Shown here one piece after another: positions 1 to 9,637 of a stretch of DNA of 64,000 nucleotides. Both the position numbers and the translations under genes were made by a program. The stretch is taken from NCBI GenBank assembly GCA_009391195.1, contig VEXB01000002.1:20214-84213 (forward strand), read 5' to 3'. This stretch comes from SAR202 cluster bacterium AC-647-P02_OGT_505m. GTDB lineage: Bacteria; Chloroflexota; Dehalococcoidia; Lucifugimonadales; UBA826. Positions within the stretch are counted from its first letter, which is position 1. Each line of letters starts with the position of its first letter. Under the pieces are notes generated by a model. It was given only the letters and a program-made list of their open reading frames with translations, did no database searches and was not told the DNA's origin.

Positions 1-1
1 A

Positions 2-631
2 TTCGCCGGACCTGGGGGCACCTCTCAAAATCTTATAAGAGCCCTCAGGGATCAAGGCGCAAGTGATTTAACAATTATAAGTAATACGGCGGGGTTAGCC
101 AGTGTTAGTGGCTTCGGTACTCTTCCTGGTCAAAAACCGATAGACATAGGTATTTTAGTTGATAACGGTCAGGTAGGTAAGGTGATAGCATCTTTTCCCG
201 TTTCTCCATCTCCTTCACGGCCCACTTCATTTGAGAAGGCATACCACAGAGGCGAAGTTGAACTTGAGCTTGTACCGCAAGGAACACTTGCAGAACGGAT
301 TCGTGCTGGTGGGGCAGGGATTCCCGCTTTCTTTACCCCCACTGGGATAGGAACATTTGTAACAGAGGGGAAAGAAACCAGGTCCTACGATGGGAAGGAA
401 TATGTATTGGAGACGGCTCTCAAGGCCGATTATGCTCTAATAAGAGGCTACATGGCGGACACCATGGGAAATCTCTCTTTTAGGGGTACTTCTATGAATT
501 TCAATGGGGTTATGGTTACTGCAGCGGCGATTTCTATTGTTGAGGTGGACAAAATCGTCGATGTGGGCGAAATTGATTCGTACAGAATAGATACCCCGGC
601 ACTCTACGTTAATAGAATAGTTGAGGTCTAG
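2..631 (+). CDS. Family I CoA-transferase subunit A (3-oxoacid/acetate CoA-transferase alpha), 5' end cut by the window
   Basis: The frame is open from base 2 into ORF 182..631. It contains ELELVPQGTLAERIRAGGAGIPAFFTPTGIGT, typical of ScoA/AtoD. The beta subunit starts 2 nt downstream. Confidence 0.85.
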   Translation, partial: FAGPGGTSQNLIRALRDQGASDLTIISNTAGLASVSGFGTLPGQKPIDIGILVDNGQVGKVIASFPVSPSPSRPTSFEKAYHRGEVELELVPQGTLAERIRAGGAGIPAFFTPTGIGTFVTEGKETRSYDGKEYVLETALKADYALIRGYMADTMGNLSFRGTSMNFNGVMVTAAAISIVEVDKIVDVGEIDSYRIDTPALYVNRIVEV

Positions 632-633
632 TT

Positions 634-1299
634 TTGGTTGCTGAGAGACTACCTAGAGAAGTGATTGCGATGCGAGTGGCGCAGGAACTGCAAGATGGCG
701 ATGTAGTTAACTTAGGCATTGGAATTCCCTCATTATGTTCACAATTTGTACCTGAAGGGAGAACTATTTTCTACCACAGTGAAAGTGGCGTTCTAAATTA
801 CGGCCCCATGGCGGAGGAAGGCAAAGAAGATCAAGATCTGATCAACGCCAGTGGTCAATTTCTGGCACCGGTGAAAGGAATGTCATTTTTTGATTCAGGT
901 GCAGCATTTGCGATGATTAGAGGTGGGCATATCGATGTCACTGTACTCGGTGCGTTACAGGTTTCCAGTAAAGGGGACTTAGCGAATTGGATGATTCCCT
1001 CTCGAGGCATTGGAAATGTAGGTGGTGCGATGGATTTGGCAGTTGGAGCAAAAAAAGTTATTGTCTCCATGGAGCACATTGATCGTGAAGGTAACCCTAA
1101 AATTGTTGATGATTGTACCTTCCCTCTTACCTGTCCTGCCTGTGTTGACATGATAGTGACAGATATTGCTGTCATATCAGTTCAAAATGAGGGACTGGTT
1201 CTACATGAGACCGCTCCCGGATGGTCCGCGGCCGACGTGCAAGCAGAGACGGACGCGAAATTAATCATCGCATCTGATTTGAAGAATGTCTCACTTTAA
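634..1299 (+). CDS. Family I CoA-transferase subunit B
   Basis: 221 aa. VNLGIGIPS and HSESGVLNYGP (SENG-like catalytic Glu motif) are typical of ScoB/AtoA. Non-ATG start. Confidence 0.85.
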   Translation: MVAERLPREVIAMRVAQELQDGDVVNLGIGIPSLCSQFVPEGRTIFYHSESGVLNYGPMAEEGKEDQDLINASGQFLAPVKGMSFFDSGAAFAMIRGGHIDVTVLGALQVSSKGDLANWMIPSRGIGNVGGAMDLAVGAKKVIVSMEHIDREGNPKIVDDCTFPLTCPACVDMIVTDIAVISVQNEGLVLHETAPGWSAADVQAETDAKLIIASDLKNVSL

Positions 1300-3884
1300 G
1301 TAAATACTCCCTCAATTCGGAAAGTGGCTCCCTCATCGGTTTTAAAAACCTCAATTTGCTCCTCAAAGCTCTCTTTCATCTGCTCAACGTGTGTGATCAC
1401 TATGATTTTTTCAAACTCTGTTTGCACTGACTGAATTGCTTCTGTTAAACGTTCCTGTCCTTTTGAATCTTGGGAACCAAAACCTTCATCTATAAATAGT
1501 ATGGGCAATGGGGCACCCGACCTTGAAGCAAGAAGTTTGGATAATGCAATTCTAAGTGTGAAATCTATGCGGAATGCTTCACCTCCACTGAAAGTTTCAT
1601 AACTTCTCGTGCCGACTTCGTCCGAGACGCGAATATCTAACTCTTCAGACGGCACACCAGTCAATCTATCCAATCTTCCGTCCCGGAGTTCCAATTTTAT
1701 TGCCATTCTGTTGTCTGTAAGCTTTGATAACAGTTCATTTGCTATCTCTTGAATCTGAGGGACAGCTCTTTCAATCATGAAAGCTTGTATGCCATTTCGA
1801 CCGAAAGCTGCGGTCAATTCATCGTAAGAGTCCTTTTCCTGTCTGCAAGAAGTAATCCGATTTCTTAACTTCACAACCTCTGCTTCAGTCTTTTCAATGG
1901 TGAGTAAGCGATCTTTCAAAATATCTCTTTTCGAAAGTGATGTTTGTAATTCGCTACGTTTATATTGGAGATTCTGTGACACTTCTTCCGATATTTGCAA
2001 ATTCTCTTCGCTCTGCTCTAGGCGAGTATCAATCTGTTCAAGTTCTTTGCGCCAGATGTTGACCTGCTCTTTTCGATTCTGGATCAAAATTCGATTTGAA
2101 TGACGGAATTGATCTATTTCACTTTTTCTGTTTTCGGCATTTTCAAGCTGATTGTAAAGTTGGAGATACTTTTGATGACTCGTTTCATTGTCCAGCAATA
2201 ATTTATGTGTTTCCTCGTCGTATCCAATTTCTTTTATTTGTGACTGAACGAATCTTAATTCCTTTCTGTTTTCTATTGAAAAATCATTGTTTATTTTTTT
2301 TGATTCTATTGATTTGATCGTATTACGAATAGTTGTGAGTTCCTGCTCTATTTTGCCGAGTTGTATGAGCTTGGTTTTTGACGATATGATCTCAGTGTTA
2401 TGACGATTTTCTTCATCCTGGATGAGTTTTCTCTTGCTTGTAATAATTTCAGATTGAGCACTGAGCGAAGCTTGTAATTCGGATATTTTCTGAGAATTAA
2501 CCTCGTAAGACTTTTTACTTTTCTCTCCTACGAGTTTCAGTTCATTTTGAAGGTGCGACTTTCCTTCCAATGCCAAGTTCTGATTACAAACAGGACATGA
2601 TGCGTCAGATTCTTCTAAAATATCAAACCTTTTTCTGGTTTCTGTCATTTGATTCATTAGAGAAATATTTTCTAATTCGAGCTGGTTTTTTTCTTCTCCT
2701 AACAGAGATATTTTTGCCTCAATAGATTCAAGTTCAGGTTCTTTACTTTTTAGGGCGGTTAATGCATGCTCACGGCTTTCTATTTCCTGTTTTATGTTGG
2801 GAATCTCCGATACAGCTGGCAGCATCTCTGAATTCATTCGGGTCTTTAGGATCCCCAATTCGACGGTTATGCTTTCCTCTTCTACAGCAATAGCCTGACT
2901 GATATCAGCAGATTTTTTTTCAAGTGCTCTTACGTTTCGCAGGTTTTGCTCTAGCTTTGACAGCTCCTTTGAATTTAGGTCGAGGTTTGTCTTACCTTCA
3001 GTTATCTCATCACTTCTGGAAATTAAATTTTTTAGTTCCAATAATTCGAGAGATAAGGTTTTTTCCTGTTCTTCAGCCTGTTTGATTTCTTTTGTGGCGA
3101 GACTTACAGAAGATTTAAAGGTTTTACTTTGCTCACGATCTCTATTGGCATTTTCGATAGTAGCTGATAGTTTGGTCAAATGCTCTTCGAGTGTTTTGAC
3201 TTGAGGAGCGAGTAATTCAATGGCGGCATTCGTTGTTCTTATAACGTCTACGACAGATTTCTTGTCAGACAATTCCGACGAGTGTATTTCGAGTGCGGTG
3301 TCATTTTTGTCTATTTGGGCCTGAAGTTCCTTAGCCTTTTCCTTGGCGGCCGTTTCCAGTTCTTGGTAATAGTCCAATGAAAGTACGTCGGCCAAAATCT
3401 GCTTGCGGTCCGCTGGATTACTTTTGGTGAAACGGTCGGCATCTCCTTGACGCAGATAAGATGTGCTGACGAAGGTGTCATAGTCCATGTGTAGGAGGTT
3501 TATAATCTGCTGCTCGGTGTCTCTAATGGTATTGCCCATTATTGAAGTGGGTTGATTCTCATTCAGCACAGCTAAGTTTAGTTCAGTTTTTCCGGAGCCT
3601 GAGCCCCTACTACGACTATGAACTCTGGTTACACGGTATTCCTGATCATTAGCTAAAAAATCTAATTCAACACTCATTGAAGTTTGTCCCTGATGGATCA
3701 ATTCCTCTTGAGTCCTGGCCCGTGCTTTTCCCCACAGCACCCAAGTGATTGAGTCAAGTAGAGCTGTCTTCCCATTTCCGTTGTCACCAGATAAGCAGGC
3801 CACATGTACATTCTCTAGATTTAGAGTGGGCAATCCCTGTCGGTAACACATGAAATTCTCAAGCGTGAGCCGGAGCGGTATCAA
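1296..3884 (-). CDS. sbcC: SbcC/Rad50-type SMC-like ATPase (double-strand break repair exonuclease ATPase subunit)
   Basis: 862 aa. Walker A GDNGNGKT, a long coiled coil with a central CPVC zinc hook, LSGGE signature and FIDEGF Walker B/D-loop. TTG start preceded by GGAGG (3891-3898 on the reverse complement). Confidence 0.8.
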   Translation of the reverse strand: MIPLRLTLENFMCYRQGLPTLNLENVHVACLSGDNGNGKTALLDSITWVLWGKARARTQEELIHQGQTSMSVELDFLANDQEYRVTRVHSRSRGSGSGKTELNLAVLNENQPTSIMGNTIRDTEQQIINLLHMDYDTFVSTSYLRQGDADRFTKSNPADRKQILADVLSLDYYQELETAAKEKAKELQAQIDKNDTALEIHSSELSDKKSVVDVIRTTNAAIELLAPQVKTLEEHLTKLSATIENANRDREQSKTFKSSVSLATKEIKQAEEQEKTLSLELLELKNLISRSDEITEGKTNLDLNSKELSKLEQNLRNVRALEKKSADISQAIAVEEESITVELGILKTRMNSEMLPAVSEIPNIKQEIESREHALTALKSKEPELESIEAKISLLGEEKNQLELENISLMNQMTETRKRFDILEESDASCPVCNQNLALEGKSHLQNELKLVGEKSKKSYEVNSQKISELQASLSAQSEIITSKRKLIQDEENRHNTEIISSKTKLIQLGKIEQELTTIRNTIKSIESKKINNDFSIENRKELRFVQSQIKEIGYDEETHKLLLDNETSHQKYLQLYNQLENAENRKSEIDQFRHSNRILIQNRKEQVNIWRKELEQIDTRLEQSEENLQISEEVSQNLQYKRSELQTSLSKRDILKDRLLTIEKTEAEVVKLRNRITSCRQEKDSYDELTAAFGRNGIQAFMIERAVPQIQEIANELLSKLTDNRMAIKLELRDGRLDRLTGVPSEELDIRVSDEVGTRSYETFSGGEAFRIDFTLRIALSKLLASRSGAPLPILFIDEGFGSQDSKGQERLTEAIQSVQTEFEKIIVITHVEQMKESFEEQIEVFKTDEGATFRIEGVFT

Positions 3885-3906
3885 GTCTTATTCCTCCCAA
3901 CCAAAA

Positions 3907-4416
3907 TCAAGTTACGGATATTTCATTGCCATTTAATAAACAAGTACTTACGAGAGGAATGGCATTTTTGACCAAGCTCTCTGCGAAGCATCCTTTCTTG
4001 GCTAGCATAATGACCTCTATAACCTTCGCCTCAGTTTCCTCTGAATCCACCTTGAAATAGCTTCTGACTTCAGTTACAGAATTATCTACGGTACCTTTGA
4101 TAACCGAACCTTGCAGAAAATAATCAAGCTCAACATTGACATTGGCTGATTTGATTTCTATTCTCCTCATTGAAGCGTACCGCTTCAAATTCGTAAGCAG
4201 TCAAAATCCTATTCCCCCTGCTATGTATGTCAGAGGAGAGGGAAAATTGTCATCGCCTCCAAGTCTTGGAGGCTCATCAGAGTAAAACGTGAATTTATCT
4301 CGTGTTCCCTTATGCAACATTTTTTCAATATGTTCACATTGCACTGAAACAGTCGATTGGAATTTTCCTTTGGGCAATTCCTTACCTACAATTGACTGGG
4401 GAATATCGCTGGGCAT
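3907..4416 (-). CDS. OsmC/Ohr-family peroxiredoxin-like protein with an in-frame TGA at 4201..4203 (candidate selenocysteine, otherwise a pseudogene)
   Basis: ORFs 4201..4416 and 3907..4188 share one frame and are separated only by a TGA plus 4 sense codons. Joined, they give 169 aa with DEPPRLGGDDNFPSPLTYIAGGIGF-[TGA]-LLTNL and a later AKKGCF. The TGA sits where the family's peroxidatic Cys lies. The ATG abuts the carB stop (TAAATG). Confidence 0.6.
4170..4188 (-). other. Candidate bacterial SECIS hairpin
   Basis: The mRNA reads UUGAAGCG-GUA-CGCUUCAA, a perfect 8-bp stem (or 7 bp with a GGUAC loop). It begins 12 nt after the UGA, and the apical G/U residues lie about 21-23 nt from the UGA. 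Confidence 0.45.
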
Positions 4417-7400
4417 TTAAGACTCTCTTTCCGGATGAAGATATTCTTGGATCGTAAGTACGTTGTAGTTTGCTCCTCCTTTACAAAGACTTTCCACTGC
4501 CGCCCTGGCTGTATCAAGTGATGTGAAGCATGGGATTCTATTATCTACTGCTGCTCTTCTTATATGGAATCCGTCTTGCATCACTTCTCTAGCCCCGGTT
4601 ACTGTATTAACAACCGCATCCACGGTTCCATTGCTTATAATGTCCACAACGTTTGGTCCATCATCGTCTAGTCTTTTAGGCACCATAACTACTGGTATTT
4701 CAAGCCCGTTTATAACGGCCGCTGTTCCTTCAGTAGCAAAGAATTTGTACCCAGCTTCATGAAGACCTTTTATGAGAGCTACACTATCTGATTTATCTTC
4801 GTCAGATATGCTAAGAAGTATGGCTCCATTTTCGGGAAGCATTAGGTCCGATGCCATTAAAGCTTTAGTGGCCGCTGCCTCAAAATTTTTATCGAGCCCC
4901 ATTACCTCACCAGTGGACTTCATTTCAGGACCGAGGAAAGTGTCTACACCAGCGAGTTTAGCCATAGAGAAAACGGGAGCTTTTACTCCTACCAAGTCTT
5001 GCTTTTTCCACAGACCTCCTTCATATCCCAAATCATTAAGCTTTTTTCCTAACATTGCTTTTACGGCTAGTTTAACCATGGGAACGCCAGTTATTTTTGA
5101 TATGAACGGGATTGTGCGACTGGATCTGGGATTGACCTCAATAACGTAAACTTGAGTATCTTCAGTTACTGCTTTGTTATTTCTAGGACTCCTGTATGAA
5201 GATCCTCCAATAATTACGTACTGGATATTCATAAGGCCTCGGACGTCTAAGGCTTTTCCAATTCTTGTGGTGTAGTCAACTACAGTTTTTATTTCGTCTT
5301 CAGACAATGTTAATCCTGGGTATATTGCCATTGAGTCTCCACTGTGTACCCCAGCTCTTTCAACATGTTCCATAATCCCAGGTATTAATACTGTTTCACC
5401 ATCACAAACAGCATCTACTTCTACTTCTCTACCTTCAAAATATTTATCAATTAGTACGTTTCTTCCTCCTCCAGCTTCAAAAGCATTGGTCATATAACGT
5501 GCTAACTCGGTTGCATTTTGCACTATCTCCATTGCTCTACCACCTAACACATAACTTGGCCTCACTAAAACTGGGTATCCAATCTCTTGAGCTACTTTTA
5601 AAGCCCCCTCTAGATCTATCACGGCGGATCCCGGTGGATTAGGAATGCCTACCCGGGCCAGAAACTCTTCGAAAAGGTGCCTGTCGGAAGCTGTGTCTAT
5701 AGAAGACGCAGTCGAACCCAGTATGGGTAGTCCTGCTGCATCTAGTGTTTGGGATAGATTAATGGCGGTTTGACCTCCAAACTGAACTATGGTGGGAGGA
5801 ATGTCAGCCTGACCGTCGTTTTTTTCTAGTTCTTCGTTTTCTAATATGTCTCGAATGCTTTCATCGTCAAGAGGCTCAAAGTAGAGTCTGTCACTGGTGT
5901 CAAAGTCTGTAGAAACGGTCTCTGGGTTTGAGTTCACCATTATGCTCCCAAGACCCTCTTCTTGAAGAGCCCATGCAGCGTGAACTGAGCAATAGTCAAA
6001 TTCAATACCCTGTCCGATTCTGATGGGTCCGCTTCCCACTACTAGAGATTTTGGTCCCGGTAGTGGTTCTGCTTCATTTTCCTCTTCATATGTACTATAG
6101 AAATAAGGGGTTAGAGCTTCAAATTCGGCTGCACAAGTATCGACCATTTTAAAAACAGGTTTCAACCCGTAACTTTTCCTTAATCGTCTTGTTTCCTCAG
6201 TGGTTCTATCAGTTAATATGGCTATTCGGTCATCCGGAAACCCTAGTCTTTTTGCCTCATACATTAAATTTTGATCAAGATGCTCATGAATGAGCCGATT
6301 TTCCATATTGGTGATTCTTTCGAAGGCTCTCAGAAACCAAGGATCTATGCCAGTTCTTCTTGAAAGTTCTTCCGGGCTGACATTTCTTCTCAAAGCCGAT
6401 AAAACTGCCCAGAGTCTTTCGTCATTGGGGCCTATTGGTAGTGTGCTGAGCATAGGTTGGTCGTCAGTTATCCAGTTGGGGTCCTCCCATAAAATTGATC
6501 TGTTAGTTATTTCTAATGATCTAACGGCTTTCTGAAAAGCAGCTTCAAAAGTTCTATCTATGGCCATTACTTCACCGGTAGCTTTCATCTGAGTACCGAG
6601 TGTCCTGTCACCGGTGGGGAATTTGTCAAATGGCCACCTAGGTATTTTTACAACACAGTAATCCAGCGCTGGCTCAAACGCTGCTACAGTTTTTTCTGTG
6701 ACTGCGTTAGGGATTTCGTCTAAAGTACGGCCAACAGCTATTTTTGCGGCTACACGAGCTATAGGGTATCCAGTAGCCTTACTTGCTAAGGCGGAGCTAC
6801 GGCTTACCCGCGGATTGACTTCAATAACGTAGTAACCTTCGCCTTCAGTCCCTTTATCTGTAAGGGTTTCACCTACAATTTCCCCTGGCGCCAATGCAAA
6901 CTGCACGTTGCAGCCCCCCTCGATCCCTAGTTCTCTGATAATTTTCAGGCTCGCACTGCGCAATTTTTGATAGTCATTGTCAGATAGCGTCTGACTTGGG
7001 GCGACTACTATGCTGTCCCCGGTGTGTACACCCATCGGATCAATGTTTTCCATGTTGCATATTGTGATGCAGTTGTCTGCACTATCTCGCATCACCTCAT
7101 ATTCGAGTTCTTTCCAGCCAACTATGGACTTCTCAATAAGTACCTGATTTATAGGACTTGCTGCTAGTCCTCCTTTAACGATCTCCTCAAACTCATCTTC
7201 GTTAGTTGCTATTCCTCCTCCGGTGCCACCGAGCGTATATGCTGGTCGAATAACGAGTGGAAGGCCGATTTCTGATTTTGCTGAAGCGGCTTCTTCCATG
7301 TTGTTTACTGTTGAACTTGGAGGTACGGGTTCCCCAATTTCAGCGAGCATTTTTCGGAACAAGTCTCTATCCTCAGCATTTTTTATCGTATCAATTCGAC

Positions 7401-7746
7401 TGCCAAGTAATAGCACATCATGTTTTTCCAGCACCCCTGCTTCGTGGAGTTCCATCGCAAGGTTGAGACCAGTTTGCCCTCCTAAAGTTGGGAGCAAACC
7501 GTCCGGTTTTTCACGTTCCATGATTCTATCCAACACAGGGACTGTTAATGGTTCTACGTAAACCCGATCAGCGACATCAGTGTCTGTCATGATGGTAGCT
7601 GGATTGGAATTTACAAGAATGGTCTCAATTCCTTCTTCACGAAGTGATTTACAAGCCTGTGTTCCTGCATAGTCAAATTCCGCTGCTTGGCCAATCACAA
7701 TTGGACCAGATCCAATAACTAGTATTTTCTGTAATTTTTTAGTCAA
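4417..7746 (-). CDS. carB: Carbamoyl-phosphate synthase large subunit
   Basis: 1109 aa with duplicated ATP-grasp halves. N-terminus [25 protein letters not shown], second half [19 protein letters not shown], and a C-terminal MGS-like domain. Confidence 0.97.
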   Translation of the reverse strand: MTKKLQKILVIGSGPIVIGQAAEFDYAGTQACKSLREEGIETILVNSNPATIMTDTDVADRVYVEPLTVPVLDRIMEREKPDGLLPTLGGQTGLNLAMELHEAGVLEKHDVLLLGSRIDTIKNAEDRDLFRKMLAEIGEPVPPSSTVNNMEEAASAKSEIGLPLVIRPAYTLGGTGGGIATNEDEFEEIVKGGLAASPINQVLIEKSIVGWKELEYEVMRDSADNCITICNMENIDPMGVHTGDSIVVAPSQTLSDNDYQKLRSASLKIIRELGIEGGCNVQFALAPGEIVGETLTDKGTEGEGYYVIEVNPRVSRSSALASKATGYPIARVAAKIAVGRTLDEIPNAVTEKTVAAFEPALDYCVVKIPRWPFDKFPTGDRTLGTQMKATGEVMAIDRTFEAAFQKAVRSLEITNRSILWEDPNWITDDQPMLSTLPIGPNDERLWAVLSALRRNVSPEELSRRTGIDPWFLRAFERITNMENRLIHEHLDQNLMYEAKRLGFPDDRIAILTDRTTEETRRLRKSYGLKPVFKMVDTCAAEFEALTPYFYSTYEEENEAEPLPGPKSLVVGSGPIRIGQGIEFDYCSVHAAWALQEEGLGSIMVNSNPETVSTDFDTSDRLYFEPLDDESIRDILENEELEKNDGQADIPPTIVQFGGQTAINLSQTLDAAGLPILGSTASSIDTASDRHLFEEFLARVGIPNPPGSAVIDLEGALKVAQEIGYPVLVRPSYVLGGRAMEIVQNATELARYMTNAFEAGGGRNVLIDKYFEGREVEVDAVCDGETVLIPGIMEHVERAGVHSGDSMAIYPGLTLSEDEIKTVVDYTTRIGKALDVRGLMNIQYVIIGGSSYRSPRNNKAVTEDTQVYVIEVNPRSSRTIPFISKITGVPMVKLAVKAMLGKKLNDLGYEGGLWKKQDLVGVKAPVFSMAKLAGVDTFLGPEMKSTGEVMGLDKNFEAAATKALMASDLMLPENGAILLSISDEDKSDSVALIKGLHEAGYKFFATEGTAAVINGLEIPVVMVPKRLDDDGPNVVDIISNGTVDAVVNTVTGAREVMQDGFHIRRAAVDNRIPCFTSLDTARAAVESLCKGGANYNVLTIQEYLHPERES

Positions 7747-8497
7747 TTAAGTAACCATTCTCCGATAAATAATCTCTTAGTTTGTCTGGGAAATTGATGG
7801 TCATTCCGTCGACACCACATTCAACGGCCTTTATCATCAGGTCTTCATCAAATACTCCATGGCATCTAACTTCTAGCCCTCCATTTTTAATTTTATTTAC
7901 AAGAGTTGGAGTGATTAATTCCGCCCTGGGGCATAGTTGGTTGAATTCGGCCTCAATAGCTTCATCTACAAACCGGTCATTCCATTGGCTTCCTGGCCCC
8001 AATGGGACTAACCACCCAGTTTTGATTTCAGGCGAATATGACTTAGTCTCTTCTACCCATTCTTTCCAAAATGAAGTGATAACAACATCATTTTCAATTC
8101 CATATTTTTTAACCATATCGCAGGTTTCACTAGCCAAGCCTGGTACATTTCGAGCTTTGATCTCTATGTGAAAATTTAGTTGACCACAGTATTTATCTAA
8201 TATTTCTGTGAGAGTACTGATTCGTTGATCTGCAAAATCTTTCCCAAACCAAGAGCCTGCATCAAGTTTTTTAAGTTGATCTAAAGTCATTTCTGATACA
8301 TAGCCGATCCCATTAGTGGTTCGGTTGACAGTGTCGTCATGGATTACCACGATGTGATGATCTTTGGTGAAATGAACATCTAATTCGATATCATTTACTC
8401 CGATATCTAGAGCTAGATCAAAGGCAGAAAAAGTGTTCTCTGGAGCGTATGAAGAGGCTCCTCGATGGGCTATATTTGTGATGCGCTTGCTGCTCAA
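7739..8497 (-). CDS. Glycerophosphodiester phosphodiesterase family protein (GDPD)
   Basis: 252 aa. The N-terminal [14 protein letters not shown] and IELDVH motifs are typical of GlpQ/UgpQ. It overlaps the carA stop by 4 nt and the carB start by 8 nt. Confidence 0.8.
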   Translation of the reverse strand: MSSKRITNIAHRGASSYAPENTFSAFDLALDIGVNDIELDVHFTKDHHIVVIHDDTVNRTTNGIGYVSEMTLDQLKKLDAGSWFGKDFADQRISTLTEILDKYCGQLNFHIEIKARNVPGLASETCDMVKKYGIENDVVITSFWKEWVEETKSYSPEIKTGWLVPLGPGSQWNDRFVDEAIEAEFNQLCPRAELITPTLVNKIKNGGLEVRCHGVFDEDLMIKAVECGVDGMTINFPDKLRDYLSENGYLID

Positions 8498-9600
8498 AGC
8501 TTAGCCTCTCTAACCATATCCAAGAAGCGATTAAATATGTATTCGTTATCTTTTGGCCCTGGGGAAGCTTCGGAGTGATATTGGATACTCATTGCAGGTA
8601 AAGATCTATGTCGTATGCCTTCGACTGTTTGGTCATTCATACTGATATGACTGATCTCCACCTCTGAGGGCAATGAGTCTGGGTCAATGGAGTAGCCATG
8701 ATTTTGTGCGGTTATATATACCCGCCCTGTAGAAACATCTTGTACAGGATGATTTGCTCCGCGATGCCCAAATTTGAGTTTATACGTTTTTCCACCTAGA
8801 GCTTGTGCTAGTACCTGATTACCTAGGCATATCCCCATTATTGGGACTCGTCCTAGTAAATCCTTAACAGTTTTCACCGTATATCCAAGTAGTTCAGGGT
8901 CACCGGGACCTGGTGACAGCATTATGCCATCAGGGTTTTGTTCCAGAAGTTCTTCAGCCGTTGTGTCAGAGGGGAATACCTCCACAGTGCACCCATTGGA
9001 CCTCAGTATTCTGAGTATGTTGTATTTAAGCCCAAAATCCGACACGAGAATTTTAATGTCCGGAGTTTTTGAGGGTATATTTTTTAGGGATTGAGTCCAG
9101 TTGTACGACTTGCTGGCACTTACCTGATCAACGTAATTCACATTTCCATATTCTGGCACATTTTCGAGCTGAGAAAGGGCTTCTTCAGGACTTATATCAA
9201 TTGCTAATGCACCCATCATTACCCCATGTGTTCTTATTCTTCGCGTGACGGCTCGAGTGTCAATTTCGCTGATTCCTGGGATATCGTGTGTAAGTAAAAA
9301 GTCGGCCAGGGTGGATGAACTCTCTCGATGGCTGGGTTCCTGGCATTGCTGTCTAACTACAAATCCTGAGACTTGAATTTCTTTGGACTCGTTGTCTTCT
9401 TTGGTTATTCCATAGTTACCTATCATAGGGTAGGTGGGTACAACAATTTGTCCTGAGTAAGATGGGTCAGTAAGCATTTCTTGGTACCCAGTCATGGATG
9501 TGTTGAAAACTACTTCACCGTAAGCCGCGCTATCGGAACCAAATGGGATACCTCTGAATGTGGATCCATCTTCTAACACTAGATAAGCTGTTTTTGACAA
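8494..9600 (-). CDS. carA: Carbamoyl-phosphate synthase small (glutaminase) subunit
   Basis: 368 aa. GICLGNQ nucleophile-elbow Cys and HRGANHPV / NHGY motifs of the class I amidotransferase domain. Confidence 0.95.
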   Translation of the reverse strand: MSKTAYLVLEDGSTFRGIPFGSDSAAYGEVVFNTSMTGYQEMLTDPSYSGQIVVPTYPMIGNYGITKEDNESKEIQVSGFVVRQQCQEPSHRESSSTLADFLLTHDIPGISEIDTRAVTRRIRTHGVMMGALAIDISPEEALSQLENVPEYGNVNYVDQVSASKSYNWTQSLKNIPSKTPDIKILVSDFGLKYNILRILRSNGCTVEVFPSDTTAEELLEQNPDGIMLSPGPGDPELLGYTVKTVKDLLGRVPIMGICLGNQVLAQALGGKTYKLKFGHRGANHPVQDVSTGRVYITAQNHGYSIDPDSLPSEVEISHISMNDQTVEGIRHRSLPAMSIQYHSEASPGPKDNEYIFNRFLDMVREAKL

Positions 9601-9637
9601 TTTTAGTTATCCTCTTATTAATTGACTTGACGATGAA

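Noticed and set aside
1296-3884. The SbcC-like ATPase as part of an SMC-based anti-phage or anti-plasmid system (Lamassu-, Wadjet- or Gabija-like).
   Set aside because: No candidate effector, kleisin-like or nuclease partner genes are adjacent. The neighbours are pyrimidine biosynthesis and CoA-transferase genes, and the sequence looks like ordinary SbcC with a zinc hook.
4201-4203. The in-frame TGA as evidence for an alternative genetic code (TGA read as Trp or Gly).
   Set aside because: Several well-defined genes in the window end at TGA at the expected family length (e.g. 13306..13308, 42695..42697). No other gene shows internal TGAs. A single site-specific recoding event or a mutation fits better.
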